A stretch of 43,327 bases of DNA from Candidatus Kapaibacterium sp. (lineage in GTDB: Bacteria > Bacteroidota > Ignavibacteria > Kapaibacteriales > Kapaibacteriaceae): NCBI GenBank assembly GCA_038202665.1, contig JBBRES010000002.1, forward strand, positions 1 through 43,327, in the 5' to 3' direction. Below the pieces are notes generated by a model. The model did not search any database. It saw only the letters and a list, made by a program, of their open reading frames with translations, and had not been told where the DNA came from. The position numbers and the translations under genes were made by a program. Position 1 is the first letter of the stretch. Every line of letters starts with the position of its first letter. Below, piece by piece: positions 16,008 to 24,808 of the stretch.

Positions 16008-17876
16008 TCAAAACACCACGCGAGCTTGTAAGAGAAGGTTTGGCAGATTCCGTCTGCCCGTGACGTTCACATGCTGGAACTCATACCATCCACCGAGCGA
16101 CAGATCCGATCCGTTGGTGCTGGTGTATCGAATGGCGGTTTCCGGTGCCCAGAACTGTACTGAACTCGTTGTGCCTGTAACAGCAGAGCCCGCGCCAAGC
16201 GTTCGTTGCTCTAGCTGATACAGTCGTACGCCCGTTCCTATGCGTACGCCCGAGCCGACGTCATAAAATAGTAGGATTTTCGATAGCTGCTCGAGATTAC
16301 TGTTCTGAGGAGTTTCTGCAAATGCGCCCCAGAACAAAGCGCCGCGCTCGAAGTAGCGGAACAGAATACGTGCGTCAATGAACAGCTCTTGCGTCAATCG
16401 AATGCGAATCGAATCACGGAGGGCGATTTGCCGAAAGCTGTACGATCGAGCATTCGCTCCTGGCTCGTCAAAATCGTACACCGTATAGTTGGCCAATACT
16501 TCAATTTGAGGCTGCATTTTTACGACGCTGCCATTCACCACCACTTGCGGTGCAAAGCGAATAACACGGTTTTCGTTGTTAATCGCACTTCGTTGCTTGT
16601 TCAAGAAGACCATGTGAACATACTGTCCGGACAGCGTAAGATTCATACTCAATAGGGGTGAGAGCCTTCTGCTGTATCGAACTGTGAGAAGTCCATTGAG
16701 CTCGTCGCGGTCGTCGTAGTTGAGCGTGCTCGGCGTATCGTAGCGCAACAACCACGAACTCCCTTCCACCCTCACTGTATCTCGCTCCGACGGATACCAC
16801 GCGGCCGACCCATAGAACTTGCTACGCTGTGATGTGTTGTCGCGCTGATTCTCCTGCGATCGAATGGCTGCGAGATCTTGTTCATTCATGGGTACCACCG
16901 GAGCCACACTGTTTTGTTCATTACGGGTGTACAAGGCAACACCCAACGTGGTGGTGAACAACGAAACGGCATAGCGAAGTTCAAGTGCCACATCAATCGT
17001 GAGTTCGGACAACGTCCGGTCTACCTTGGTTATCGATACATCTGCATACGGATCGCGGTAGCCCCGCCCCACACGAGCCGCGTCCACGCCCGCAACAAGG
17101 CCTGCGGTCAAACCCGTGGTGATGCCATAGGCGACGTCGGAATTCAATCGTACTCGCTCTTCACCACGTTGCTCGACGGCCAGCTCATTCGACGTTGATC
17201 CCGACAGTGCGGTGAAGAAATCTCTGTGGACGTTGGTGTAGTCTATCCCCACTTGCATCTGCGATTCATCCGAGAATACCCGCATCACGCCTGCATGAGC
17301 GAGAATGTCTGAGTTGGAACGCAGCGTATCCATGCGCTGATAGTCTGCAATCAGGCGTGAATTCAAGCGCCACTCCTCCAAGGCAACGTCCGTAAGTGCC
17401 CCGTCGATCCCACCAATGAAGCCAACGGCGCGCTGACCTATCTGCGTTGTGCGCTCGAGTCCTGCTATGGCCTCGAGATAACCAATACGTTCGTCATTCC
17501 ATCGCAGACCGCCCACACCGCCGAGTCGCTCCAGACTGTTCAATCCTACGGAACGCGAATCGCGAGAAAGCACCCAGTCTTGCCGGATAACGGCACTCAG
17601 GAAGGTGGAAAGGGGCAGGGATAACGAGATCTGACTGAATTCGTCGTCCCGGATAGCCATTGTCAGCGTTCGGAAGGCAGAACTCCTGTAGGTATTCACC
17701 CAGCGGAACGTGACAAGGTCTGAGACAGAACGCACGTCGGCATTTCCCGTGAAAACATACGTGTTCGCAATCTTATCGACGCCAAACCTTGCTGTGGCAA
17801 GCTCTGTGGGCGGCTGGATCTCCATGAGGGGTAGGATCTGCTGTCCTGTAACAAATTGGCTGTTTAGCAAGAGCAT
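16008..17876 (-). CDS. Putative large outer-membrane beta-barrel protein
   Basis: Long alternating beta-strand-like sequence ends in the ...LLLQARVVF aromatic C-terminus typical of OMPs. The N-terminus is uncertain. A signal-like segment (DHRVGIALLMLLLNSQ) precedes the first plausible ATG at 17876, and no canonical start codon covers it. The ORF-track extension to 18359 overlaps the opposite-strand kinase and looks non-coding. Confidence 0.5.
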   Translation of the reverse strand: MLLLNSQFVTGQQILPLMEIQPPTELATARFGVDKIANTYVFTGNADVRSVSDLVTFRWVNTYRSSAFRTLTMAIRDDEFSQISLSLPLSTFLSAVIRQDWVLSRDSRSVGLNSLERLGGVGGLRWNDERIGYLEAIAGLERTTQIGQRAVGFIGGIDGALTDVALEEWRLNSRLIADYQRMDTLRSNSDILAHAGVMRVFSDESQMQVGIDYTNVHRDFFTALSGSTSNELAVEQRGEERVRLNSDVAYGITTGLTAGLVAGVDAARVGRGYRDPYADVSITKVDRTLSELTIDVALELRYAVSLFTTTLGVALYTRNEQNSVAPVVPMNEQDLAAIRSQENQRDNTSQRSKFYGSAAWYPSERDTVRVEGSSWLLRYDTPSTLNYDDRDELNGLLTVRYSRRLSPLLSMNLTLSGQYVHMVFLNKQRSAINNENRVIRFAPQVVVNGSVVKMQPQIEVLANYTVYDFDEPGANARSYSFRQIALRDSIRIRLTQELFIDARILFRYFERGALFWGAFAETPQNSNLEQLSKILLFYDVGSGVRIGTGVRLYQLEQRTLGAGSAVTGTTSSVQFWAPETAIRYTSTNGSDLSLGGWYEFQHVNVTGRRNLPNLLLQARVVF

Positions 17877-18011
17877 CAACAGTGCAATACCGACCCTATG
17901 GTCAACAAAAGCAACGATTTTCGGGAAATACGCACGTGTTCGTAAATAATCACGCCAATGTAACAAATGGCTATTGCGTGTAGGTGGTTCCGCAGCTATA
18001 TTCGTCCCGCA

Positions 18012-19100
18012 ATGTCGTCTGCCCCTCGCACCTTTTTGCTCCTGGACCCGAACCCAGAACGTCGAACAACTACTGCGACTTCCCTGCTCGCGTACGACAT
18101 CTCGGTTCTCCTTGCTGCGGATATTTCCGCAGCACAGGGAGTCGTGCGCCATCACCGTCCCAGCGCCGTGCTCGTCGATGCCTCGCTGCTTCGCATCAAG
18201 GACCTTCGGCAGAAGCTCTACATGCATGGCTTGAACGTCGACGTGCCCTTCATTGTCTTGGCAGATGAACGCGAGCCACTGGCAGCAACCGACATCCCGT
18301 ATGGTGTCTTGTCGCGTCCGCTGACCGATGCTGGCATTCGTTCGTTGATGACGTTGCAAGGACTTCCTGTTGAGGGTGAAACGCCGGTGATCTTACATCC
18401 GCAAGATGAGCAACCTTCGTTACTCTATACGTTGCCACACGAATATCGCACTCCGCTCACAGACATCATCGGTTCCGCATCGTTCTTGCATGGTCATGCA
18501 GATGCGAGTGTTGAAGAAATCCGTGAAGTAAGCGCTGAGATTCTAGGTGCGGCACGCCGGCTTTTGCGAACAACAGACAATTTCCTTGTGTACGCACAGA
18601 TTGAGACACTGGCGGAGAGTCCGCTGCACATCGACCGTATGCGTCAGTGCATCACGCCAGAACCGGCATCCGTGCTGTATGACGCCGTAACGCAACGGGC
18701 GGCCGCACATCAACGTCCGTCTGACGTAAGCATGGCCCTAGACATCGAGGGCATTGCACTTGGCATCATGGAAACGCACTTAGATAAAATCGCCACCGAA
18801 CTTGTCGAGAATGCCCTTCACTTCTCCAGAGCGGGCACCCATGTGACTGTTTCTGCCACGGCTGGCGCGAGAGATGTTGTTTTCTCTATCCGTGACCATG
18901 GTGTTGGGATGCAGGAGAGCGAAGTAATGCAGATTGGTGCATACCGTCAGTTCCGTCGCAAAGCTCAAGAGCAGCAGGGTGTGGGACTTGGACTGATCAT
19001 CGCCAAGAGATTAGTTGAACTCCATGGCGGCACCTTCTCGGTTACCTCTGCACTCGGAATGGGAACGTCCATCACGTTTACCATCCCACGCGCCGCCTAG
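18012..19100 (+). CDS. Cytoplasmic hybrid protein: N-terminal receiver-like domain plus HisKA/HATPase_c histidine kinase
   Basis: Receiver-like FLLLDPN...AVLVDASL; H-box LPHEYRTPLTDIIGSASFL; N-box ENALHFS; G-boxes DHGVGM and GVGLGLIIAKRLVELHGG. No transmembrane segments. The start is placed at the ATG at 18012; 17967 is also possible. Confidence 0.85.
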   Translation: MSSAPRTFLLLDPNPERRTTTATSLLAYDISVLLAADISAAQGVVRHHRPSAVLVDASLLRIKDLRQKLYMHGLNVDVPFIVLADEREPLAATDIPYGVLSRPLTDAGIRSLMTLQGLPVEGETPVILHPQDEQPSLLYTLPHEYRTPLTDIIGSASFLHGHADASVEEIREVSAEILGAARRLLRTTDNFLVYAQIETLAESPLHIDRMRQCITPEPASVLYDAVTQRAAAHQRPSDVSMALDIEGIALGIMETHLDKIATELVENALHFSRAGTHVTVSATAGARDVVFSIRDHGVGMQESEVMQIGAYRQFRRKAQEQQGVGLGLIIAKRLVELHGGTFSVTSALGMGTSITFTIPRAA

Positions 19101-19105
19101 CGCAC

Positions 19106-21445
19106 TTAGATCACTTCAAGTTTTGCAAATGCAACCATGAGTTGCTTCCGTCCGCCGTTCACGAATTGCACGGTGGCTTTTGCTTGCTGTCCGCTTCCAC
19201 TCAGCCCTGCCACCGTACCAACTCCAAACATCGGATGCTTGACGCGCATGCCAACGCTTAGGCCAGAAGACGATGCTGGTTCTTGCGAATACGATTCGCT
19301 TGCCGGTACCTGAGAATACGATTCTTTAGGTCGCCCAGCGGGTCCGCTACTCGGCGGAGGAATAGCACTATAGCCGCGCGCTGCGCCGCCACGTTCTCCG
19401 TACGATTTCCGAGCGGGCGCCATCGACTCTGGTCTTTGATCCATGCCATGCGACGTACGCATTGGCTCTACGGCACGAGATCCCTTTTGCGACTTCTCAT
19501 CAAAGAGTGACTTATCGATCTCGCTCAAGAACATGCTCGGTCTGTTGAACACTAACTCACCAAACCGATAACGACGCTCTGCGTAGGCAAGAACCAGTTG
19601 CTGACGTGCGCGCGTGATGCCCACGTAGAACAAGCGACGTTCTTCTTCCTGCTCATTCATATCCAGCTCTGCCTTTGCAAGCGGGAAGAGTCCTTGCTCC
19701 AAACCAGCGATCACCACCAGCGGAAACTCAAGGCCCTTTGCGGCATGCATCGTCATCATGGCAACACGATTGTTGCCAAGCTGCGGATCGTCGGCATCGC
19801 TCAGCAAGGCAATCTGTTCAATGTATGTTGCGAGCGTAAGCGTCTCGTCACGCTCTTGTGTTTCTGCGATATGCGACAGCACCCGATCGATGTTATTCCA
19901 TCGGTCGCGCGACTCTTCGGTATCGAGCTGCTTGTACTGCTGCATCATACCCGTCGCTTCGATGTACGACTGTGCCAATGACGAGGGGGTAAGCTCTTCG
20001 AGAAGGGTGCGATGTCGGTCTATCAAATCAACAAACTCCAGCACTGCCGTCACCGTACGCTTCTGCACATTCGGAATCATGCCTACTTCGCGTAGCGCAT
20101 CAAACATGGCAACATTGCGTTGTTGCGCCCACTCGGCAATGCGCTGCAACGACGTAGCGCCAATACCGCGCGTAGGCTCGTTGATCACGCGCATCACGCT
20201 CTCACTATCGGCCGGATTCACGAGCAACCGCAAATAGGACAGCGTGTCTTTCACTTCCTTGCGCTTGTAGAACGACACTCCACTCACGATGTGATACGGA
20301 AGATTCGAACGACGGAGGGCGTCTTCAAGTGATTGCGATTGAGCATTCGTGCGGTACAGCACGGCAGCGTCTTTGTACGTGTAGTTGCTTCGCGTGATCC
20401 GCTCTCGAAGTGTGCGCACAATGGCATCCGCCTCTTCGCGATCATCTCGGCAAGCAAGGAGCGTGATCTTCTCGCCTTCCGGATTGTCCGTCCACAACGT
20501 TTTTGCTAACTGCTTGCGGTTATTCTTAATCACACCGTCTGCAGCAGAGAGGATAGTCTTCGTTGAGCGATAGTTCTGCTCGAGGCGCACCACGACTGCC
20601 TCTGCGTAGTCCTTCTGAAAATCAAGGATGTTGCGGATATCGGCACCGCGCCACCGATAGATACTCTGCGCATCGTCACCCACGACGCAAAGGTTGCGAT
20701 AGGCCTTTGCCAGCAAGCTCACGGCCATGTACTGAGCGCGATTCGTGTCTTGATACTCATCTACGAGCAGGTATCGGAAACGCTGCTGATATTTCTGCAG
20801 CACATCGTCGTGTCGCTCGAACAATCGAATCGTATTCAGAAGCAGATCATCAAAGTCCATAGCGTTCGACTGCGTCAAACGCTTCTCGTATTCTTCGTAG
20901 ATCTGACCGGTCTGCTTTTCTTGAATCGAATCTGCCTTGCGGGCATATTCCTGCCACGACACCATGGCATTCTTCGCACTCGAGATACGTGAGCGAATTC
21001 CTTGCGGCGGCATCACTTGTTGCGATATGCCCATAGCATTCATGACGGCTTTGATGGCGGCAAGGGAATCGTCGGCATCGTAGATCGTGAATCCGGATGT
21101 GTATCCAATCTGCTCTGCCTCTGCTCGAAGGATGCGTGCAAAAATCGAGTGGAACGTACCGGCCCACATGCGGGTACCGGTGCCATCGCCTACTAAGTGG
21201 GCGATACGTTCCTTCATTTCTTGTGCGGCTTTGTTCGTGAACGTCAGGGCGAGGATGTGACTCGGATGTACGCCAGCCCGAATCAAGTAGGCAACGCGCA
21301 AGGTGAGCACTCGCGTCTTCCCACTACCTGCTCCGGCGATGATGAGCAGTGGCCCTTCCGTATGTACTACGGCGGTGCGTTGCGCATCGTTCAAGCCTTC
21401 GAGGAGGTCAGAAGAGGACGAGGATTGAGGAACGAGGTGCAACAT
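19106..21445 (-). CDS. pcrA: ATP-dependent DNA helicase PcrA/UvrD (SF1A)
   Basis: Motif I AGAGSGKTRVL, motif II LLVDEYQDTN, TMHAAKGLEF, and VGITRA. A low-complexity linker is followed by a C-terminal Tudor-like segment (GMRVKHPMFGVGTV). There is no C-terminal nuclease domain. Confidence 0.95.
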   Translation of the reverse strand: MLHLVPQSSSSSDLLEGLNDAQRTAVVHTEGPLLIIAGAGSGKTRVLTLRVAYLIRAGVHPSHILALTFTNKAAQEMKERIAHLVGDGTGTRMWAGTFHSIFARILRAEAEQIGYTSGFTIYDADDSLAAIKAVMNAMGISQQVMPPQGIRSRISSAKNAMVSWQEYARKADSIQEKQTGQIYEEYEKRLTQSNAMDFDDLLLNTIRLFERHDDVLQKYQQRFRYLLVDEYQDTNRAQYMAVSLLAKAYRNLCVVGDDAQSIYRWRGADIRNILDFQKDYAEAVVVRLEQNYRSTKTILSAADGVIKNNRKQLAKTLWTDNPEGEKITLLACRDDREEADAIVRTLRERITRSNYTYKDAAVLYRTNAQSQSLEDALRRSNLPYHIVSGVSFYKRKEVKDTLSYLRLLVNPADSESVMRVINEPTRGIGATSLQRIAEWAQQRNVAMFDALREVGMIPNVQKRTVTAVLEFVDLIDRHRTLLEELTPSSLAQSYIEATGMMQQYKQLDTEESRDRWNNIDRVLSHIAETQERDETLTLATYIEQIALLSDADDPQLGNNRVAMMTMHAAKGLEFPLVVIAGLEQGLFPLAKAELDMNEQEEERRLFYVGITRARQQLVLAYAERRYRFGELVFNRPSMFLSEIDKSLFDEKSQKGSRAVEPMRTSHGMDQRPESMAPARKSYGERGGAARGYSAIPPPSSGPAGRPKESYSQVPASESYSQEPASSSGLSVGMRVKHPMFGVGTVAGLSGSGQQAKATVQFVNGGRKQLMVAFAKLEVI
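19287..19324 (-). repeat. Imperfect 27-nt (9-codon) tandem duplication inside the pcrA C-terminal linker
   Basis: GAATACGATTC recurs at 19287..19297 and 19314..19324, encoding ESYSQVPAS / ESYSQEPAS. Confidence 0.7.
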
Positions 21446-21519
21446 GAAATCAAGAATGATGAATACAGAATCAAGAACACAGAATCACTTCTCACTTGTC
21501 ACTCGTCACTTGTCACTTT
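21446..21519. repeat. 7-nt-phased imperfect tandem repeat tract spanning the fmdB-like stop and the whole spacer up to the pcrA ATG
   Basis: On the plus strand, units start at 21446: gaaatca, agaatga, tgaatac, agaatca, agaacac, agaatca, cttctca, cttgtca, ctcgtca, cttgtca. TCA (minus-strand TGA) recurs at 21450, 21471, 21485, 21492, 21499, 21506 and 21513. Confidence 0.7.
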
Positions 21520-21720
21520 CTTCCCATAGTCTGTCTTGTAAAACCCTTCACCCTTATAGATGACGTTGCCGGCATGGATTACGCGCTCGACGTGACCTTG
21601 CCCCTTCACAGGCTGGTCGCAGACGTCTTCAGGACACAGGGTAAAGGCGTCGTCCTTCATTGGTTGACGGACTTCAAAAACCTTGCCGCAGGTTGTGCAT
21701 TTGTATTCGTAGGTGGCCAT
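21499..21720 (-). CDS. FmdB-family zinc-ribbon protein
   Basis: 73 aa; the N-terminal signature MATYEYKCTTCGKVFEV is followed by a second cysteine pair (LCPEDVC). Confidence 0.85.
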   Translation of the reverse strand: MATYEYKCTTCGKVFEVRQPMKDDAFTLCPEDVCDQPVKGQGHVERVIHAGNVIYKGEGFYKTDYGKKVTSDE

Positions 21721-21740
21721 GGGTGCTTACAACGTGACAA

Positions 21741-22754
21741 TTACAATTCAACAAACCCTGTTTTCTTGTACACCTTACGCAATGTTTTGCGCGCACGATC
21801 GCGTGCGTGCTCTGCGCCACGTTTGAGAATGTTCTTGAGTTCTTCTTCGTTATTGCGGATTTCTAAGAAGCGCTCGCGCATCGGTGCAACAAACGTTGCA
21901 ACGGCTTCCGCAACAGCTTCTTTGAAGGGGGCGTAGCCACTCGTCGTGGCAAACTCTGCTTCGATATCTACGAACGCTTTGCCGGTGGTGAGATGATACA
22001 ACGTCATCAAGTTGGCAATGCCCGGACTTCCCTGTTCATCAAACACCACGCGTGTTCCGCTATCCGTAACCGCTCGCTTAATCTTATTGCGGATCTCTGC
22101 GTCGCCATCGCGTAAGAAGATGGTGGCCTTCTCGTTCGGATCGCTCTTGCTCATCTTTTTTGTAGGCTCTTGGAGCGACATGATCTTCCCGCCTACATCG
22201 CTGATAAACGGCTCCGGCACGGTAAACGTAGGCGAGTAGTGATGGTTGAATCGCTCGGCAAGATTTCGTGTGAGTTCCAGGTGCTGCTTTTGATCGGCTC
22301 CAACCGGCACAAGGTCTGCGTTGTACACCAGGATATCCGATGCCATGAGAATCGGATATGTAAACAATCCCACATTCACGTTCTCGCTGTGCTGAGCGCT
22401 CTTGTCTTTGAACTGCGTCATGCGCGAACATTCGCCCATGCCCGTTAGGCAATTCAGTATCCAGGCAAGCTCGGCGTGCTGTGGTACGTGGCTCTGCACA
22501 AACAGCGTGCTCTTTTCGGGATCGATCCCGCAGGCGATGTACATCGCTGCGAAGTCGAGCGTGGCCTTGCGAAGTTTTGCTGGTTCCTGGCGGACAGTAA
22601 TGGCATGAAGGTCCACAATGCAGAAAAGGCTATCAAAGTCGTGCTGCAGTTGGACCCAGTTTTTGAGGGCGCCACTGAAGTGACCGATATGGGGCTGACC
22701 CGAGGGCTGCATGCCGCTCAGAATGACCTTGCGCTGTTCTTGCTGTTCGCTCAT
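21741..22754 (-). CDS. trpS: Tryptophan--tRNA ligase
   Basis: Class I motifs: a HIGH variant (PSGQPHIGHFSGAL) and KMSKS. The length is that of bacterial TrpRS. Confidence 0.97.
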   Translation of the reverse strand: MSEQQEQRKVILSGMQPSGQPHIGHFSGALKNWVQLQHDFDSLFCIVDLHAITVRQEPAKLRKATLDFAAMYIACGIDPEKSTLFVQSHVPQHAELAWILNCLTGMGECSRMTQFKDKSAQHSENVNVGLFTYPILMASDILVYNADLVPVGADQKQHLELTRNLAERFNHHYSPTFTVPEPFISDVGGKIMSLQEPTKKMSKSDPNEKATIFLRDGDAEIRNKIKRAVTDSGTRVVFDEQGSPGIANLMTLYHLTTGKAFVDIEAEFATTSGYAPFKEAVAEAVATFVAPMRERFLEIRNNEEELKNILKRGAEHARDRARKTLRKVYKKTGFVEL

Positions 22755-22835
22755 GTCCGTTCAAAGATTGGTGAATGGCAAATCTACGGCTCGGCGTGCT
22801 ATTCCTATGGCACTTGCACAGCTATCTTTGTACCC

Positions 22836-23393
22836 ATGCATTGTATCCCTCTCCTCCTTGCCGCCGTTCTCCTTACCTCGTCTGCGTATGCACAAGAGGA
22901 AATGAGTGGTGGTGCAGACACTGGCCCTTCGAAAACGTGGGGTATGATCTCTGTTCAGCGCACGTGGACGCCTCAAGAAAATAATTTTCCGAATTGGGGC
23001 TTGAGCTTTCAGGGCTTTCGCGGAATTGGCGAGAGCCCGGATTCAAGGTGGTGGCTTGGGATAGGGTTTATGGCGGCAGGGGTGGTACGCCGTGACGTAA
23101 TCGCTCTGACGTTTGGTCCGGGAGTGTTTATCGTAGGCCGACCTTCTCTTGGAATGTTTGCGTTCTTACAGGGCGGGTTGGGTGCGAGTTCAAGGAGCGG
23201 CGTTTCGGGGTTCAATCCGTTTAGTGACCCCACGATGCAATGGGGTGGTGCGTTGATGAGCGGCGTTGGAGTTTCTGCCGAGATTATCTGGCACATGCGA
23301 CTTCAAACTGCAATCGTCATGAACGCCTTTACGATGGATGGCGGACGCTCACCGTTTGGAATTCAACTTGGTCTGTCGACGGGAGGCATGTGA
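22836..23393 (+). CDS. Small secreted Gly-rich protein, possibly a small outer-membrane barrel
   Basis: The internal ATG at 22836 gives the signal peptide MHCIPLLLAAVLLTSSAYAQ. The ORF-track N-terminal extension overlaps trpS on the other strand. No catalytic motif is present. Confidence 0.5.
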   Translation: MHCIPLLLAAVLLTSSAYAQEEMSGGADTGPSKTWGMISVQRTWTPQENNFPNWGLSFQGFRGIGESPDSRWWLGIGFMAAGVVRRDVIALTFGPGVFIVGRPSLGMFAFLQGGLGASSRSGVSGFNPFSDPTMQWGGALMSGVGVSAEIIWHMRLQTAIVMNAFTMDGGRSPFGIQLGLSTGGM

Positions 23394-24808
23394 CAATCCC
23401 ATTTGGTTTCGGCAGCTATCGTATAGCAGAAGGCGACGCAACACACGAAGCAGCTCTGCGCCATGCCCTAGATCGTGGCATCACACTCATAGACACGAGT
23501 ACGAACTACAGCGACGGTGCAAGCGAAATGCTGATTGGTCGCGTCCTGCTCGACCATCCGCACGCCGCCAACGTAGAGCTGGTGACGAAGGCAGGCTACA
23601 TCCAGGGGACAACTCTCGACCGCGCACAAGCCCGCATTCAAAATGGTGATCCGTTTCCTGAAGTAGTTCAGGTGCAAGAATCGCTCTGGCACTGCATCGC
23701 GCCTGAATTCCTTGAAGATCAGCTAGCTGCTTCCATGCGTCGCTTGCAGCGCACGTCCATCAATGTACTCCTGTTGCACAACCCTGAGTACTTCTTACTC
23801 GATGCGCACCAACGCGGTATGCCGATAGACGATGCTCGTCGACATTTTTATCGTCGCATTCGCAATGCATTCCAATTCTTGGAAGAGTGCGTAATCGATG
23901 GCCGCATCGGCTCGTATGGCATTTCATCAAACACGTTTCCCTGTGAGCCTGACGATCCGGGCTTCTGTTCGCTTGAGGAATGTTTGGCTATAGCAGAACG
24001 CGTCGCCGGACATGAACACCACTTCCGCACGATTCAGCTTCCGATGAACATCATCGAGCATCACGCGGCAACCGTTTGCAATCAACAAGATCGGTCGACA
24101 ACCGTGTTGGAACTCGCTTCTGAACGCGCACTGCGCGTGTTGGTGAACCGACCTCTCAATGGTGTAATCGAAGACGACTTGATTCGCTTGGCCACGCACC
24201 CTCTGCCTGCAACAATGCCGTTGCCCGACGAAGTAGACGCACGGATCCACGCACTCGAGATTGAAGAACATCAAGCCGCACAGTTGGTTTTGCAAACGTT
24301 GCAAGGTGATGGCAAGGAGGCCGCGGCCGTTCAAGAGACCTTTAAGGTGGCGGCCGCATTGTGTCAGTCGTGGCGATCTTTTTCGGGGCTTCCCCACTGG
24401 AACGACATCGTCTCTATGTACTTGCAACCGCGCATTCACGTGATGCAACGCTATGTTGCCAATGCGTCGGATCCCGTGGCCATGCAGCACTACATGGATG
24501 GCCTGCAAGCGGTGTTGGACGACATCACGGCGCTGTATTCCCATGAAGAGAATCTGAGTCTTGCCGAACTTCGCACAATGCTCGCAGACGAATGCGGTAT
24601 GCCGCTCGACGCGCCCCTGCAACACATCGCACTTCAAGCAGTGCGATGCACGGCCGGCGTTTCGGTGGTACTTGTTGGTATGAGAACACCGGCTTATGTA
24701 GACGATGTGTTGGCGAGCTTGGAACTGCCGCCTATCTCACTGCACCGCGCATCGTGGCTTAGGATCGTTGAACATTTGGCACGACTATCAGAACAAGGAG
24801 CAGCATGA
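23390..24808 (+). CDS. Aldo/keto reductase with a large internal insertion
   Basis: AKR tetrad context: IDTSTNYSDGASE (Asp, Tyr), VTKAG (Lys) and LLLHNPE (His), plus the AKR-type C-terminus VVLVGMRTPAYVDDVL. The only plausible start is the GTG at 23390, which overlaps the upstream TGA (GTGA). Confidence 0.75.
   Translation: MTIPFGFGSYRIAEGDATHEAALRHALDRGITLIDTSTNYSDGASEMLIGRVLLDHPHAANVELVTKAGYIQGTTLDRAQARIQNGDPFPEVVQVQESLWHCIAPEFLEDQLAASMRRLQRTSINVLLLHNPEYFLLDAHQRGMPIDDARRHFYRRIRNAFQFLEECVIDGRIGSYGISSNTFPCEPDDPGFCSLEECLAIAERVAGHEHHFRTIQLPMNIIEHHAATVCNQQDRSTTVLELASERALRVLVNRPLNGVIEDDLIRLATHPLPATMPLPDEVDARIHALEIEEHQAAQLVLQTLQGDGKEAAAVQETFKVAAALCQSWRSFSGLPHWNDIVSMYLQPRIHVMQRYVANASDPVAMQHYMDGLQAVLDDITALYSHEENLSLAELRTMLADECGMPLDAPLQHIALQAVRCTAGVSVVLVGMRTPAYVDDVLASLELPPISLHRASWLRIVEHLARLSEQGAA

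Noticed and set aside
17877-18359. The 161-codon N-terminal extension of the beta-barrel ORF.
   Set aside because: It overlaps the oppositely oriented histidine-kinase CDS, which has good motifs. Its sequence (Arg/Cys/Gln-rich) does not look like protein. The barrel's signal-like segment begins only near 17900.
19106-21445. The possibility that the PcrA/UvrD helicase is the AddA partner of the AddB-like protein.
   Set aside because: It lies about 9 kb away in a different transcription unit. It is of PcrA size (779 aa), lacks a C-terminal RecB-type nuclease domain, and carries the Tudor-like C-terminus typical of PcrA/UvrD.
22823-22830. TATCTTTG, an exact TAnnTTTG match, 5 nt before the ATG at 22836. 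It could be a -7 promoter box implying a leaderless mRNA.
   Set aside because: No TTTG-type -33 element lies at the expected distance. A single 8-mer match is weak, so it is left uncalled pending TSS data.
22476-22835. The N-terminal extension of the small secreted protein ORF, and the analogous extension 23240..23389 of the AKR ORF.
   Set aside because: The first overlaps trpS on the other strand, and a clean signal peptide begins at the internal ATG at 22836. The second overlaps the upstream CDS in another frame, and the AKR fold begins right after the GTG at 23390.
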